Of a DNA stretch of 64,000 nt, positions 33,701 through 42,796 are shown piece after piece (within the stretch, counting starts at the first letter, position 1; every line of letters begins with the position of its first letter). Source of the DNA: Trypanosoma brucei (lineage: Eukaryota). The position numbers and the translations under genes were made by a program. The DNA is taken from the NCBI GenBank assembly GCA_000002445.1, contig CM000208.1, forward strand, positions 2,784,001-2,848,000. The letters run 5' to 3'. Below the pieces are notes generated by a model that was not told the origin of the DNA, did not search any database, and saw only the letters and a list, made by a program, of their open reading frames with translations.

Positions 33701-34705
33701 ATGACGGATCCTGTGCGCCGCGATCCCACGGAGTTTCTTCGCGTCCTCCGCCGCATGTCGCGAACGACATCATGGCAGAAAACAATGCTCTTTGCTTCAA
33801 AGGGCCGCATGGTGGGTTACAGGCTTACGCGTGAGCACTACAATACTGTTCTCTTCTCCCAGTCACTCTGGGGGCGTGCGTTGGAAATTGTGCGGGTTGT
33901 GCGGGCGATGCAGGAGGACAAGGTGCAACCCAACGGTGCAACGTACTACTACATTGTTAACGGCATGGGAAACGCCGATCACGGCTGGAATTACGACTTC
34001 AGAATAAATCGTCGATTGGAGAAAATACAACACTGGCGTGTTGCATTGGAGGCGTTGGAGGCGTGCGAAGCTAATGGGTTTGACTCAACCGACACTATGC
34101 ACAACTCGGCATTGATTACACTGGTGATCCCAGGTTTTAATAGGTGGCAGCAGGCGAGTCTTTTGTTACAGCGGATGCTCCGGGAGGACCGTCGCATGCA
34201 TCCCACAATGGTGAAGTTTTACCATGACTGTTTAGTACGCAACAACAGACCGCGGGAGGCTAGTTCTCTCATGCGTCTTGCCGCAGAGCGGGGGGTGCAC
34301 GGGTACGAAGACAAATGGGAGGCGGACGTATATAAGGGACGGCCACTAGATAGTGAAGTTATGAATGAGAGCGAAGGAAATGGGCTGCGGCGGCAAGCTT
34401 CCTCCCTCGCTTTCGCTTCACTGATGTTGCGTGGTGATCAGAGGCCGCTGCCAGAGAATTTGCAGGCACTACTGGAGGAAGAAACCACGAGGAATATTGA
34501 AGCGGAGCGCTCCGTTCCCGTACCGTTTTCTGCAGGGCTTCATGCTACTGAAATAAATAGCGTGTTCCGGCCGCGTGTGTACAGACAGTTATGGTACAAG
34601 TGGCAGCACATCGCCAACCGCTACCGGCCCACGGCCGCTCTCAAACGGCGGCAGCTCGCCCCACGGGATTCTCCAACTGGTATTCCGGGGTTTTACCGTA
34701 TTTGA
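33701..34705 (+). CDS. hypothetical protein with helical-repeat (possibly PPR/TPR-like) organisation
   Basis: ATG start. About 35-aa periodic helical segments (YNTVLFSQSLWGRALEIVRVVRAMQEDKVQPNGATYYYIV; MHNSALITLVIPGFNRWQQASLLLQRMLRED...TMVKFYHDCLVRNNRPREASSLMRL) resemble pentatricopeptide repeats. Not confirmed. Confidence 0.5.
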   Translation: MTDPVRRDPTEFLRVLRRMSRTTSWQKTMLFASKGRMVGYRLTREHYNTVLFSQSLWGRALEIVRVVRAMQEDKVQPNGATYYYIVNGMGNADHGWNYDFRINRRLEKIQHWRVALEALEACEANGFDSTDTMHNSALITLVIPGFNRWQQASLLLQRMLREDRRMHPTMVKFYHDCLVRNNRPREASSLMRLAAERGVHGYEDKWEADVYKGRPLDSEVMNESEGNGLRRQASSLAFASLMLRGDQRPLPENLQALLEEETTRNIEAERSVPVPFSAGLHATEINSVFRPRVYRQLWYKWQHIANRYRPTAALKRRQLAPRDSPTGIPGFYRI

Positions 34706-35674
34706 TGTGGCAGTTGCTGATGTGTGAAGTTGTGTGTGTGTGCGTTATTTCCTGTGTCATTCGCTACTTTTGTGATATAGTCGTTTTTTTTCTTTCACAT
34801 ACTGTCGTCATTAAAGTAATTTGTCTTCGATTTTCGACTCCAAAGCTAACATTTTTGTTCTTGTTCCTTGACGCCGCGAGTATCTCTGCCAGTTCTTCGG
34901 TTTCCTTGAGCGATCGTTGAGCTTATTTGGGTCTTCTTTCATCTGTAATGGAGGCGGGGAAATGCATCGGCCCCATCCACCAGCCGTATTAACCCTGTCT
35001 TTGTGGCTTGGCAGCATTGAGTTGAGGTCGTCTTGCTTTTTTGGTGTGTGTATCCCGTTGTCAGTTCTTGGTGAAGCGGAGAACCGCATATGGGGAAGCA
35101 GTATTGAAAGTCTTCTTCTCTTCACAGTTTTGGTTTTTGTCTTCCGTGTATTCTCGCGGGCGCTGCGACCCCCTCACTCATGTGGTTGGGGTAATCCTCC
35201 AGCCCCCAGAGAGGTGAACGTTTTGTATCTTTAGGCCCCCCCTTTTTTTTTCGGTGCTATGCTCCCCCGATGAACAGATCTTTCTATATCTGTATGTTTT
35301 TCCCCCTCACTCGCATGTCACAGTGCCTACAACGACCATCCGTACATATTATATAGTCATTCTTTCTCCGGCCACTTCCCCTCATCTGATTCTTCAGTCT
35401 TCGAAAGGAAGTCTGCAGAAGCACGGCGTTGTGGAGAGAGTACGGTATAGGAGGAGCGGAAGCGTTACTTCTAACAGTAGGAGGGAGAAAGAGTGAGAAC
35501 TGGGGGAGTAAAGGTATACACGTAAGTCAGTTTGAGGGGCGGGGGAGTTCATACACGTACATGCGGTTGGACAGGTAACTGCACGCACTTACGCATACTG
35601 GCATACACAACCGCTATTGAAAGGGTTTGTAGGGTACATTAGAGAACGGCGACAACATTCTAAAATAAATTTAG

Positions 35675-36907
35675 ATGCCTGCGCTCAGTTGGGCGGATAA
35701 GGCTCGTGGGCTTTCAGCTTCCAGAAGCGGTGGTGCGGATCACATTGTTAGTCGTAAGACTGACACCGCCCTCTCACACACTGGTCTGAAGGGTGAGAAG
35801 AAATATCGACACTACATTGAGGACAGAACTTCAGTTCTACCTCGGGGACTGGAGCCCAACATGTGGGACTTGGTCTGTTCGTACCTTAATGTTCAGGATG
35901 TCAAAAAGTTGAGTGGCACCTGCCGCTTTCTGTGGGAGTTGCTGCGCCCTCGTGACAACGTGTGGCGTGTGCAGTTGGACTACTTTAGGGAAGATATGAA
36001 AAATTTGTATGGTGAGGGCCGCCTACTCTGTACGGAGTTGTTTGTGCCACCATCTTGCAGTGCTTATGAACAAATGAAACTGGAGTTACAGTTATACATA
36101 ATGGACACTCATCGTGAGTGGCAGCTTAAGGACCGTGAAAAAACGGATGGCCCTTACGGTATGTTTTCTTGCCCTTTAACTCTTGCTCATGATCCCTCTA
36201 TCAACGAGGAGGGTTGGCAGGACGAGGATGTTACACCCTTTTCTCAGTTGCGGATAATTCGTGCAGTACGACTTTTCCCTTCGGGGTTATCTACATCCCA
36301 AAGTTTGCGACACAATGGAGGCAGTGGCTCAATCTTCACGCCGAGCGAGTACATGATGTTATGCGAAAATATCAATCATGGTGATTTCACAGGCTCTCGT
36401 TTGGGTGTGCAGGATCACGTAGATGAGGAAGGCGGGTTGTTGCAGTTTGCTCTCATGGAGACTCTCCGTCGTGCCAAGTATCGCAAACCCCCTCGATGCT
36501 CCACGGGTGAAGTGCGCACTTCTTCCCACCTGGTGCTGCGTCATTTTGGCGGTTTGCTGCTATCAATATGCCGTTACGAAGCAGAAGACATTTTAGATTC
36601 CCTTCTCCACAAGCGGGGCCTCGTGGATGACTTCGTTACGTACTGTAACTACAGGGAGCGATCGACAACGAACCGGCCGTGTTTTCCGTTTCCTTGTCAG
36701 TCACGTTACTACATTGCTCCAGAGTTATGCCGAAGGGGCCGTGTGGGTCTTATCATTACGGACTCTGTGCGTTTGCTCGTGGTGGTCGGAAAGGAGCTCG
36801 TGACGCGGGACGATGCGCGATGGGGCAGTGATTTTGCAGCGGCAGCAGCTGCGGGTCGTACGGTATATGGAGGTGGCATGAACCCTCAGCAACCACGATT
36901 GGTGTAG
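35675..36907 (+). CDS. hypothetical protein with N-terminal F-box-like motif
   Basis: LPRGLEPNMWDLVCSYLNVQDVKKLSGTCRFLWELL fits the F-box consensus (LP..l...Il.yL...dl..l..Vck.W..l). 410 aa. Confidence 0.5.
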   Translation: MPALSWADKARGLSASRSGGADHIVSRKTDTALSHTGLKGEKKYRHYIEDRTSVLPRGLEPNMWDLVCSYLNVQDVKKLSGTCRFLWELLRPRDNVWRVQLDYFREDMKNLYGEGRLLCTELFVPPSCSAYEQMKLELQLYIMDTHREWQLKDREKTDGPYGMFSCPLTLAHDPSINEEGWQDEDVTPFSQLRIIRAVRLFPSGLSTSQSLRHNGGSGSIFTPSEYMMLCENINHGDFTGSRLGVQDHVDEEGGLLQFALMETLRRAKYRKPPRCSTGEVRTSSHLVLRHFGGLLLSICRYEAEDILDSLLHKRGLVDDFVTYCNYRERSTTNRPCFPFPCQSRYYIAPELCRRGRVGLIITDSVRLLVVVGKELVTRDDARWGSDFAAAAAAGRTVYGGGMNPQQPRLV

Positions 36908-36995
36908 AATACTTTTTGGTGCTTGCGCAAAAGTTTGGTGTGGCACGTGACTACGGTTTCTTTTGACGCACGGATAGGTCAAGGCTCATCTGTGC

Positions 36996-37075
36996 CTGTT
37001 TTCTGGATTTTTTTTTTTGCTTTGCACACCCTTCACTGAATTTCGACGGTGTGTTTTCCCTCATCGTGGATTACT
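36996..37075 (+). promoter_or_regulatory. polypyrimidine tract upstream of the WD40 gene
   Basis: cctgttttctggatttttttttttgctttgcacacccttcactgaatttcgacggtgtgttttccctcatcg. The first ATG downstream in any frame is 37285. Confidence 0.4.
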
Positions 37076-37284
37076 TGGGTCAGTTGCACATACCTGTAGG
37101 CGGTGCCCTTGCGCCATTATATTCTTTTCCACCCAATCTCATAAACTTTTTACACAGTAGGAAACCTAAGAAACCCGCATATTCGGGTTGAACACCGGCT
37201 TTTGTTTGCCGTGATTCCTGACTCGTGCGGGACGTATTGTTGGGGAGCTTTAGTGGAAAATCGAGAGCATTAGAGTTTCTCTTA

Positions 37285-40200
37285 ATGTACACTACGACAG
37301 CCAAACAGCCCACAGTGGTGGGGGAGCGCGCTTTTTCCATGTCGGAGAAAGTTCTCACGTTCCCTTCCGCCGTAACTTCAATGACAGTTACCCCGGATCA
37401 CGTGTGGCTGGTCATGTCTGACGGAGGTGTGCAGATACGTGATGTTTCCACCACGGAGTTGGTTCACTGCTTCGCTAGCGCATCAAGACCGAGGCGTGTG
37501 GTACGTATATGGTCGATTCTCGCTGTTCCAGATCCTGCTGTGGGGTTACAGGTATGGATGGGGCTGTCCAATGGTGCCGTCGAGGTCTATGACGCACAAA
37601 CTTTCGGCGTATTGCGCCAGCAGACGAAGCACGCGGGTGGGGTATATTGTCTTGCCGAGTTTGGCGGGTACGTGTACTCAGGGAGCAGTGACTTCAAGAT
37701 TGGGCAGTGGTACGCCGCGGACGCACGCCTCGTGCGGATGCTGCACGGTCATAGCAATTATGTGCGCTGTCTTTATGCCGAGGGCAACGCCGTTGTGAGT
37801 GGGTCCGATGATTGTACGGTACGTGTATGGGATGTAGGAAGCGGTGACGCCCAGTTAACGGGACGCTTTCACGACCGCTCGGCCGTGTCTGCTCTGTGTC
37901 GTGTAGGCATTACGATGTGGTCTGGTGATGATAGTGGCCGTGTTGCGGTGTGGAGGCTCGACACATGTGAGGCTTTACACATTCTTCAGGCACATAGCGG
38001 TCGCGTTTCGTCACTGAAGAAGGTTGGATCACGTGTGTACTCTGGTGGCGCAGATGGCGTGATTGCTGTATTTGATGCGGAGGAGGGTCGTTTGCTGAGC
38101 CACGTGAATAATTACCACGGTGTTCGTGTCTCTTCTCTTGTTGTAACGTCGGAGCTGCGACGGTTTTGTATCTGGTCCTCTAGTGCGGACAAGATGATTC
38201 AGTGTTGGCACCAGGATGAGTATACTGTTATGATAGGTGATCAGGAAAGGTTTTCAGAACGTTTTTGGTACGAAACAGGTTCGACACCGTACCGTGAGTT
38301 CCGGGACAGTGTTCTGAAGCACATCGGTAACCTGCGAGAGACACTCAAGATAAGAACGTCCGACAATCCACGTTTAGTAGATATAGTGGGTTTATCTAAC
38401 TCCGCATCGACTGTGGAGGGTTTTCGGAAACGGGAAGCCATACTCAATAAGGAGCTTTCGTCTCTGGAGGGTCGCCAAGCATCACTGGAGAGTCAACTGG
38501 AGCAGTCGAAGGGAGTACTGGAGAATATAGAAAAGGAAACGAGCTTGGTGCTTGGCATTCTTCGTGCAGCTCAAGCTGAGCTTCGATCGCTGGACCCCGT
38601 TTTGCATGGCTCTCTTCTCATGTCGGCAGGAGGCGATGCGAATGGACCGCTTGCAAATATTGTTAGCACGCTATCGGGTCAACCGGCAACAATGACTAAC
38701 GTGCCGAACCCACCTGGCAACTTGGCTGTTCCGACTTCTACCGCTGCAACGACGTCTGCTTGGCCAGCAATTCCCTCAGCAGCTGCGGTGGGTAGTGGAG
38801 CTCAATACGCTGCGTATCAGCCCACTGCAATTCAGGGGCATCCCTTCTATGTAGGCACTCCAGCAACTTATACCCAACCTGCCTCGGTCTCGCACCCAGT
38901 CGCTGGCGTCAGTGGGGCGACAGTGTCCAATTTGCAGAGCCCCGTTCCCCCAGTTCAGGTGTGTGGAACGACTCCTACTGGGGTGTCAACGGCACAAATT
39001 CCTGGTGGCCAGGGTGTGGCCTTTACGGCATTACAACCGGCCGGCACCATGGCTGTGGGAGGACCAACAGGTTCAACAAATGCTGTTCAACAAGTTCCCA
39101 CAGCTGCTACCACACCCAGCGGCACGACTGCCGCAGCAATGGTTGGCGCACTACCGCCTGGTCAGAGCACAGCCACCACATCAGCCCAACCACTCGGAAC
39201 CGCGGCTGCGGGAGCAATGGCTGGCGCACTACCGCCTGGTCAGAGCATAGCCACCACATCAGCCCAACCACTCGGAACCGCGGCTGCGGGAGCAATGGCT
39301 GGCGCACTACCGCCTGGTCAGAGCATAGCCACCACATCAGCCCAACCACTCGGAACCGCGGCTGCAGGAGCAATGGCTGGCGCACTACCGCCTGGTCAGA
39401 GCATAGCCACCACATCAGCCCAACCACTCGGAACCGCGGCTGCGGGAACGATGGCTGGCGCACTACCGCCTGGTCAGAGCATAGCCACCACATCAGCCCA
39501 ACCACTCGGAACCGCGGCTGCGGGAACGATGGCTGGCGCACTACCGCCTGGTCAGAGCATAGCCACCACATCAGCCCAACCACTCGGAACCGCGGCTGCA
39601 GGAGCAATGGCTGGCGCACTACCGCCTGGTCAGAGCATAGCCACCACATCAGCCCAACCACCTAGCACCTTGGGTGTAGGAGGGTCAACAGGGGCTCCAA
39701 CATTTGGACAAAACTTTGCTGTGTCGCTGCAACCTTCGACTGCCACCACCTCCGTTGGGCCGGCTGGGTTAACGTCTTCTGCGGCAAACATGGCAGTTTC
39801 TTCTCAGCCGTTGGGCGCCTCAACTGTCGTTGATGCTTCGGGGCCACTACACAGCGGCCAAAGCCTGACTGGGTCGGCGCATCCGCTCTCTACTCAGGCT
39901 TCCGGAAAACTGATGGGAACGGCATCGGCTGGTGAAAGTGTAACTACGCCCTTTCAACCATTGGGTGCCACTGCAAATGGTAGCTCTTTGGTGTTCACAA
40001 CCGCTGGTCAGAGTTTAACAGCTATACCACAATCTCTTGGGGTCGCATCTACCGGGCAGTCAACGGCACAAATTCCTGGTGGCCAGGGTGTGGCCTTTAC
40101 GGCGTTACAACCGGCTGGCACCATGGCTGTGGGAGGACCAACAGGTTCAACAAATGCTGTTCAACAAGTTCCCACAGCTGCTACCACACCCAGCGGCACG

Positions 40201-40602
40201 ACTGCCGCAGCAATGGCTGGCGCACTACCGCCTGGTCAGAGCATAGCCACCACATCAGCCCAACCACTCGGAACCGCGGCTGCAGGAGGGCCAGCAGGGA
40301 AACCCCCTGTTGAGCAAGATTTTTTATCCACGAAGCGCGTCGTTCCACCCGTTTCTCGTTGTGGAACCGCGCCCCCGTCCAAACACGTCCATTTCGAGCA
40401 GGTAGCTGAAGCTACCACCAGTGGCGGTGTGGTCTACAGGGGCGTAGAATGGACCAATAAAAACGTCGGCAATTATATCCAGCGCCGTTACTACGGGGCG
40501 GAACCAAGTCTTCGGACCCCGGCTCTTGAAAAGCGCAGGAGATTGCAAGGTCGTATGCCGGACGTTAAGTTAGAGCCGTTCAAAAGGAAAGACGAGGGAT
40601 GA
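37285..40602 (+). CDS. WD40-repeat protein with coiled-coil and long A/T/G/P/Q-rich repetitive C-terminal region
   Basis: The track start 37225 is a GTG. The first ATG is 37285, with a second at 37339. The N-terminal 330 aa hold classic WD repeats (GHSNYVRCLYAEGNAVVSGSDDCTVRVWDV). A coiled-coil lies at about residues 400-450. The remainder is low complexity, including a 78-nt tandem array and a duplicated 230-nt block. Short conserved C-terminal tail (VVYRGVEWTNKNVGNYIQRRYYG). Confidence 0.8.
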   Translation: MYTTTAKQPTVVGERAFSMSEKVLTFPSAVTSMTVTPDHVWLVMSDGGVQIRDVSTTELVHCFASASRPRRVVRIWSILAVPDPAVGLQVWMGLSNGAVEVYDAQTFGVLRQQTKHAGGVYCLAEFGGYVYSGSSDFKIGQWYAADARLVRMLHGHSNYVRCLYAEGNAVVSGSDDCTVRVWDVGSGDAQLTGRFHDRSAVSALCRVGITMWSGDDSGRVAVWRLDTCEALHILQAHSGRVSSLKKVGSRVYSGGADGVIAVFDAEEGRLLSHVNNYHGVRVSSLVVTSELRRFCIWSSSADKMIQCWHQDEYTVMIGDQERFSERFWYETGSTPYREFRDSVLKHIGNLRETLKIRTSDNPRLVDIVGLSNSASTVEGFRKREAILNKELSSLEGRQASLESQLEQSKGVLENIEKETSLVLGILRAAQAELRSLDPVLHGSLLMSAGGDANGPLANIVSTLSGQPATMTNVPNPPGNLAVPTSTAATTSAWPAIPSAAAVGSGAQYAAYQPTAIQGHPFYVGTPATYTQPASVSHPVAGVSGATVSNLQSPVPPVQVCGTTPTGVSTAQIPGGQGVAFTALQPAGTMAVGGPTGSTNAVQQVPTAATTPSGTTAAAMVGALPPGQSTATTSAQPLGTAAAGAMAGALPPGQSIATTSAQPLGTAAAGAMAGALPPGQSIATTSAQPLGTAAAGAMAGALPPGQSIATTSAQPLGTAAAGTMAGALPPGQSIATTSAQPLGTAAAGTMAGALPPGQSIATTSAQPLGTAAAGAMAGALPPGQSIATTSAQPPSTLGVGGSTGAPTFGQNFAVSLQPSTATTSVGPAGLTSSAANMAVSSQPLGASTVVDASGPLHSGQSLTGSAHPLSTQASGKLMGTASAGESVTTPFQPLGATANGSSLVFTTAGQSLTAIPQSLGVASTGQSTAQIPGGQGVAFTALQPAGTMAVGGPTGSTNAVQQVPTAATTPSGTTAAAMAGALPPGQSIATTSAQPLGTAAAGGPAGKPPVEQDFLSTKRVVPPVSRCGTAPPSKHVHFEQVAEATTSGGVVYRGVEWTNKNVGNYIQRRYYGAEPSLRTPALEKRRRLQGRMPDVKLEPFKRKDEG
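38986..39215 (+). repeat. copy 1 of a roughly 230-nt intragenic duplication (copy 2 at 40060-40285, about 97% identical)
   Basis: tcaacggcacaaattcctggtggccagggtgtggcctttacggc...cagcccaaccactcggaaccgcggctgc occurs twice. It encodes STAQIPGGQGVAFTALQPAGTMAVGGPTGSTNAVQQVPTAATTPSGTTAAAM(V/A)GALPPGQS... Confidence 0.85.
39125..39660 (+). repeat. 78-nt tandem repeat, about 6.9 copies, encoding AMAGALPPGQSIATTSAQPLGTAAAG
   Basis: Near-identical 26-aa units with A/T variation at unit position 1 and one S-T/I change, read directly from sequence and translation. The minus-strand and alternate-frame ORFs here (39107..39661 and 38961..39665) are artefacts of the repeat. Confidence 0.9.
40060..40285 (+). 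repeat. copy 2 of the intragenic duplication
   Basis: See 38986-39215. Confidence 0.85.
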
Positions 40603-40860
40603 TAGAGAGTTACAAAGCCGTTAAAAGCGTTTCCGGTAAATGGCGTTAAAAAGTATATAGATATTTTTCCATAGAAATTGTCACGGCTTTTTGTGGTGTT
40701 GTTACTCAGGCTGTTTTTTCCGAGGAAACTTCGGGTATCAGGGTGTTGTGTCTTGATCCACTGACTGCCTTTTCTTTATTTACCATCTGACTAGGAACAG
40801 TAATACTGTAGCCTCTACAGTATTGAGAGCGCGGCGCTGACTAACTAGGTGGAATAGACC

Positions 40861-42461
40861 ATGAGAAGCGCGCAGTTCCCACTTGCAGCAATACCGCCCC
40901 CACCACCATCAGCAGCAGTCCCACAACCACCAATGGCAGCAGTCCCGCAACCACCAATGGCAGCAGTCCCGCAACCTCCAATGGCAACAGTCCCGCAACC
41001 ACCAATGGCAGCAGTCCCACAACCACCATCAGCAGCAGTCCCACAACCACCAATGGCAGCAGTCCCGCAACCACCAATGGCAGCAGTCCCACAACCACCA
41101 TCAGCAGCAGTCCCGCAACCACCAATGGCAGCAGTCCCGCAACCACCAATGGCAGCAGTCCCGCAACCTCCAATGGCAGCAGTCCCGCAACCTCCAATGG
41201 CAACAGTCCCGCAACCACCAAGGCAGCAGTCCCACAACCGCCAATGGCAGCAGTCCCACAACCACCATTGGCAGCAGTCCCACAACCACCAATGGCAGCA
41301 GTCCCACAACCTCCAATGGCAGCAGTCCCACAACCACCAATGGCAGCAGTCCCACAACCACCAATGGCAGCAGTCCCACAACCACCAATGGCAGCAGTCC
41401 CACAACCACCATCAGCAGCAGTCCCACAACCACCATCAGCAGCAGTCCCGCAACCACCAATGGCAGCAGTCCCGCAACCACCAATGGCAGCAGTCCCACA
41501 ACCACCATCAGCAGCAGTCCCACAACCACCAATGGCAGCAGTCCCACAACCACCAATGGCAGCAGTCCCACAACCTCCAATGGCAGCAGTCCCACAACCA
41601 CCAATGGCAGCAGTCCCACAACCTCCAATGGCAGCAGTCCCACAACCACCAATGGCAGCAGTCCCACAACCACCAATGGCAGCAGTCCCGCAACCTCCAA
41701 TGGCAGCAGTCCCGCAACCTCCAATGGCAGCAGTCCCGCAACCTCCAATGGCAGCAGTCCCACAACCACCAAAGGCAGCAGTCCCACAACCACCAATGGC
41801 AGCAGTCCCGCAACCACCAATGGCAGCAGCGCGACAGTCACCGCTGGTGGTGGCCCCGGCGTGCCCACCAACTTCCGATGGGCTAAATGCTACTGATGGC
41901 ACGGGTAGTGGATTATCAAAAAGTCTTGTAATACCATCTGCTGCCGGGGGGTTGGCAGTATCATTGTCCGAGACTCAGCAAACTCGTGGATACGGAAGAG
42001 AAACGGAGGAGATTTTTTCAGGTAACCACCCCACTAGCAACCCCAATTTACTGTCTCATTCACCTTTGCTTGCAGGTCTTCCTTCCTGGAACATCCCAAG
42101 TGCTTCAAGTTCTACTTGGGCGGGGTCGACAGTAACTCAAGTCTTTGTGCCCCAGCTGGATGCTGTCCCAGCGCGCAGCGTCATCTTACCGACTGCGGTG
42201 TGGTTTGACGACAGACTAGAGCGTGTAGTTGTTCCTCGAGTGAATGCCACTTCTTCGGTGCCAAAGGGATTACAAGAGGAAGGTTCTAGGCAGCGGTTAA
42301 AGCCGTCATTCAAACGAGTGAAGGACAAATACCTCTGGCGGCTGCCACCGTCGAAAGAGGGTATAGCAAGTGAGTTGTGGCGTGGAGTTTACTGGAAGCA
42401 TGTTGATGTGCATCGTTACGTTTCCAGGCGGTATTTTGGGGGACCGCCACCGGTTGAATAA
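40861..42461 (+). CDS. repetitive proline/alanine-rich protein, (PPMAAVPQ)n about 39 copies plus a unique 200-aa C-terminal domain. The reading frame is broken by a 1-nt deletion near nt 41220
   Basis: ATG 40861 (MRSAQFPLAAIPPPPPSAAVPQ) follows a polyY/AG context and reads (PPMAAVPQ)n until about 41220, where one unit is 23 nt (ccaccaa-ggcagcag, lacking the T of ATG) and shifts the frame. The ORF 41244..42461 continues the same repeat in the next frame into a unique C-terminus ending VYWKHVDVHRYVSRRYFGGPP. It is either a sequencing or assembly error in the array or a genuine pseudogenising frameshift. Confidence 0.5.
40896..41832 (+). repeat. 24-nt tandem repeat array (about 39 units; consensus ccaccaatggcagcagtccc[a/g]caa)
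   Basis: Read directly. Variants include cct/cca, atg to tca (Ser), atg to aag (Lys), and one 23-nt unit. All six frames are open across it, which produces the many overlapping artefactual ORFs on both strands. Confidence 0.95.
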
Positions 42462-42796
42462 CACTAGCTGTAGCCGAAGATGTGTTACTTGTTCATCGTT
42501 TCTTTTGTTTGTTGCTGAAAAGTTATCTGAGTGATCAAAGCATAGGTTGATTGCTGTTTTCTGTGTTTTTGTCTTCCTGTGAACTCCCACATCCTCGTGC
42601 AGTCGCTTCTTCACACCTCTTCTGGGGAGTTGACTTCCCTTTAAGTGCCCAGTAGTATCGTGGAGGTCTGTGTTTCGTAAGTCTCTGTCTTCAGGGTGTT
42701 AACGACATATAAATACATGTACGTGAGTATTGCCTAGAAGTGAACGACGATTTTAATTACATATTAACATATTCCAGAGTGTAATCAGGCTCTGGG

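Noticed and set aside
38961-39665. Alternate-frame + ORF (234 aa, WRTTAWSEHSHHISPTTRNRG repeats) and minus ORF 39107..39661 inside the WD40 gene
   Set aside because: They are repeat-generated open frames within the 78-nt array. They are out of frame with the flanking unique sequence.
40896-41832. Regular short direct repeats superficially reminiscent of a CRISPR array
   Set aside because: The units are contiguous with no unique spacers. This is a eukaryotic protein-coding minisatellite (24 nt, 8 codons), and no cas genes are present.
40841-41902. Large ORFs on both strands and in all frames across the 24-nt array (for example minus-strand 353-aa, 256-aa and 186-aa ORFs; plus-strand 40883..41896)
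   Set aside because: They are artefacts of a perfect tandem repeat that has no stop codon in any frame. Only the PPMAAVPQ frame connects to an ATG with a splice-acceptor context and to a unique C-terminal domain.
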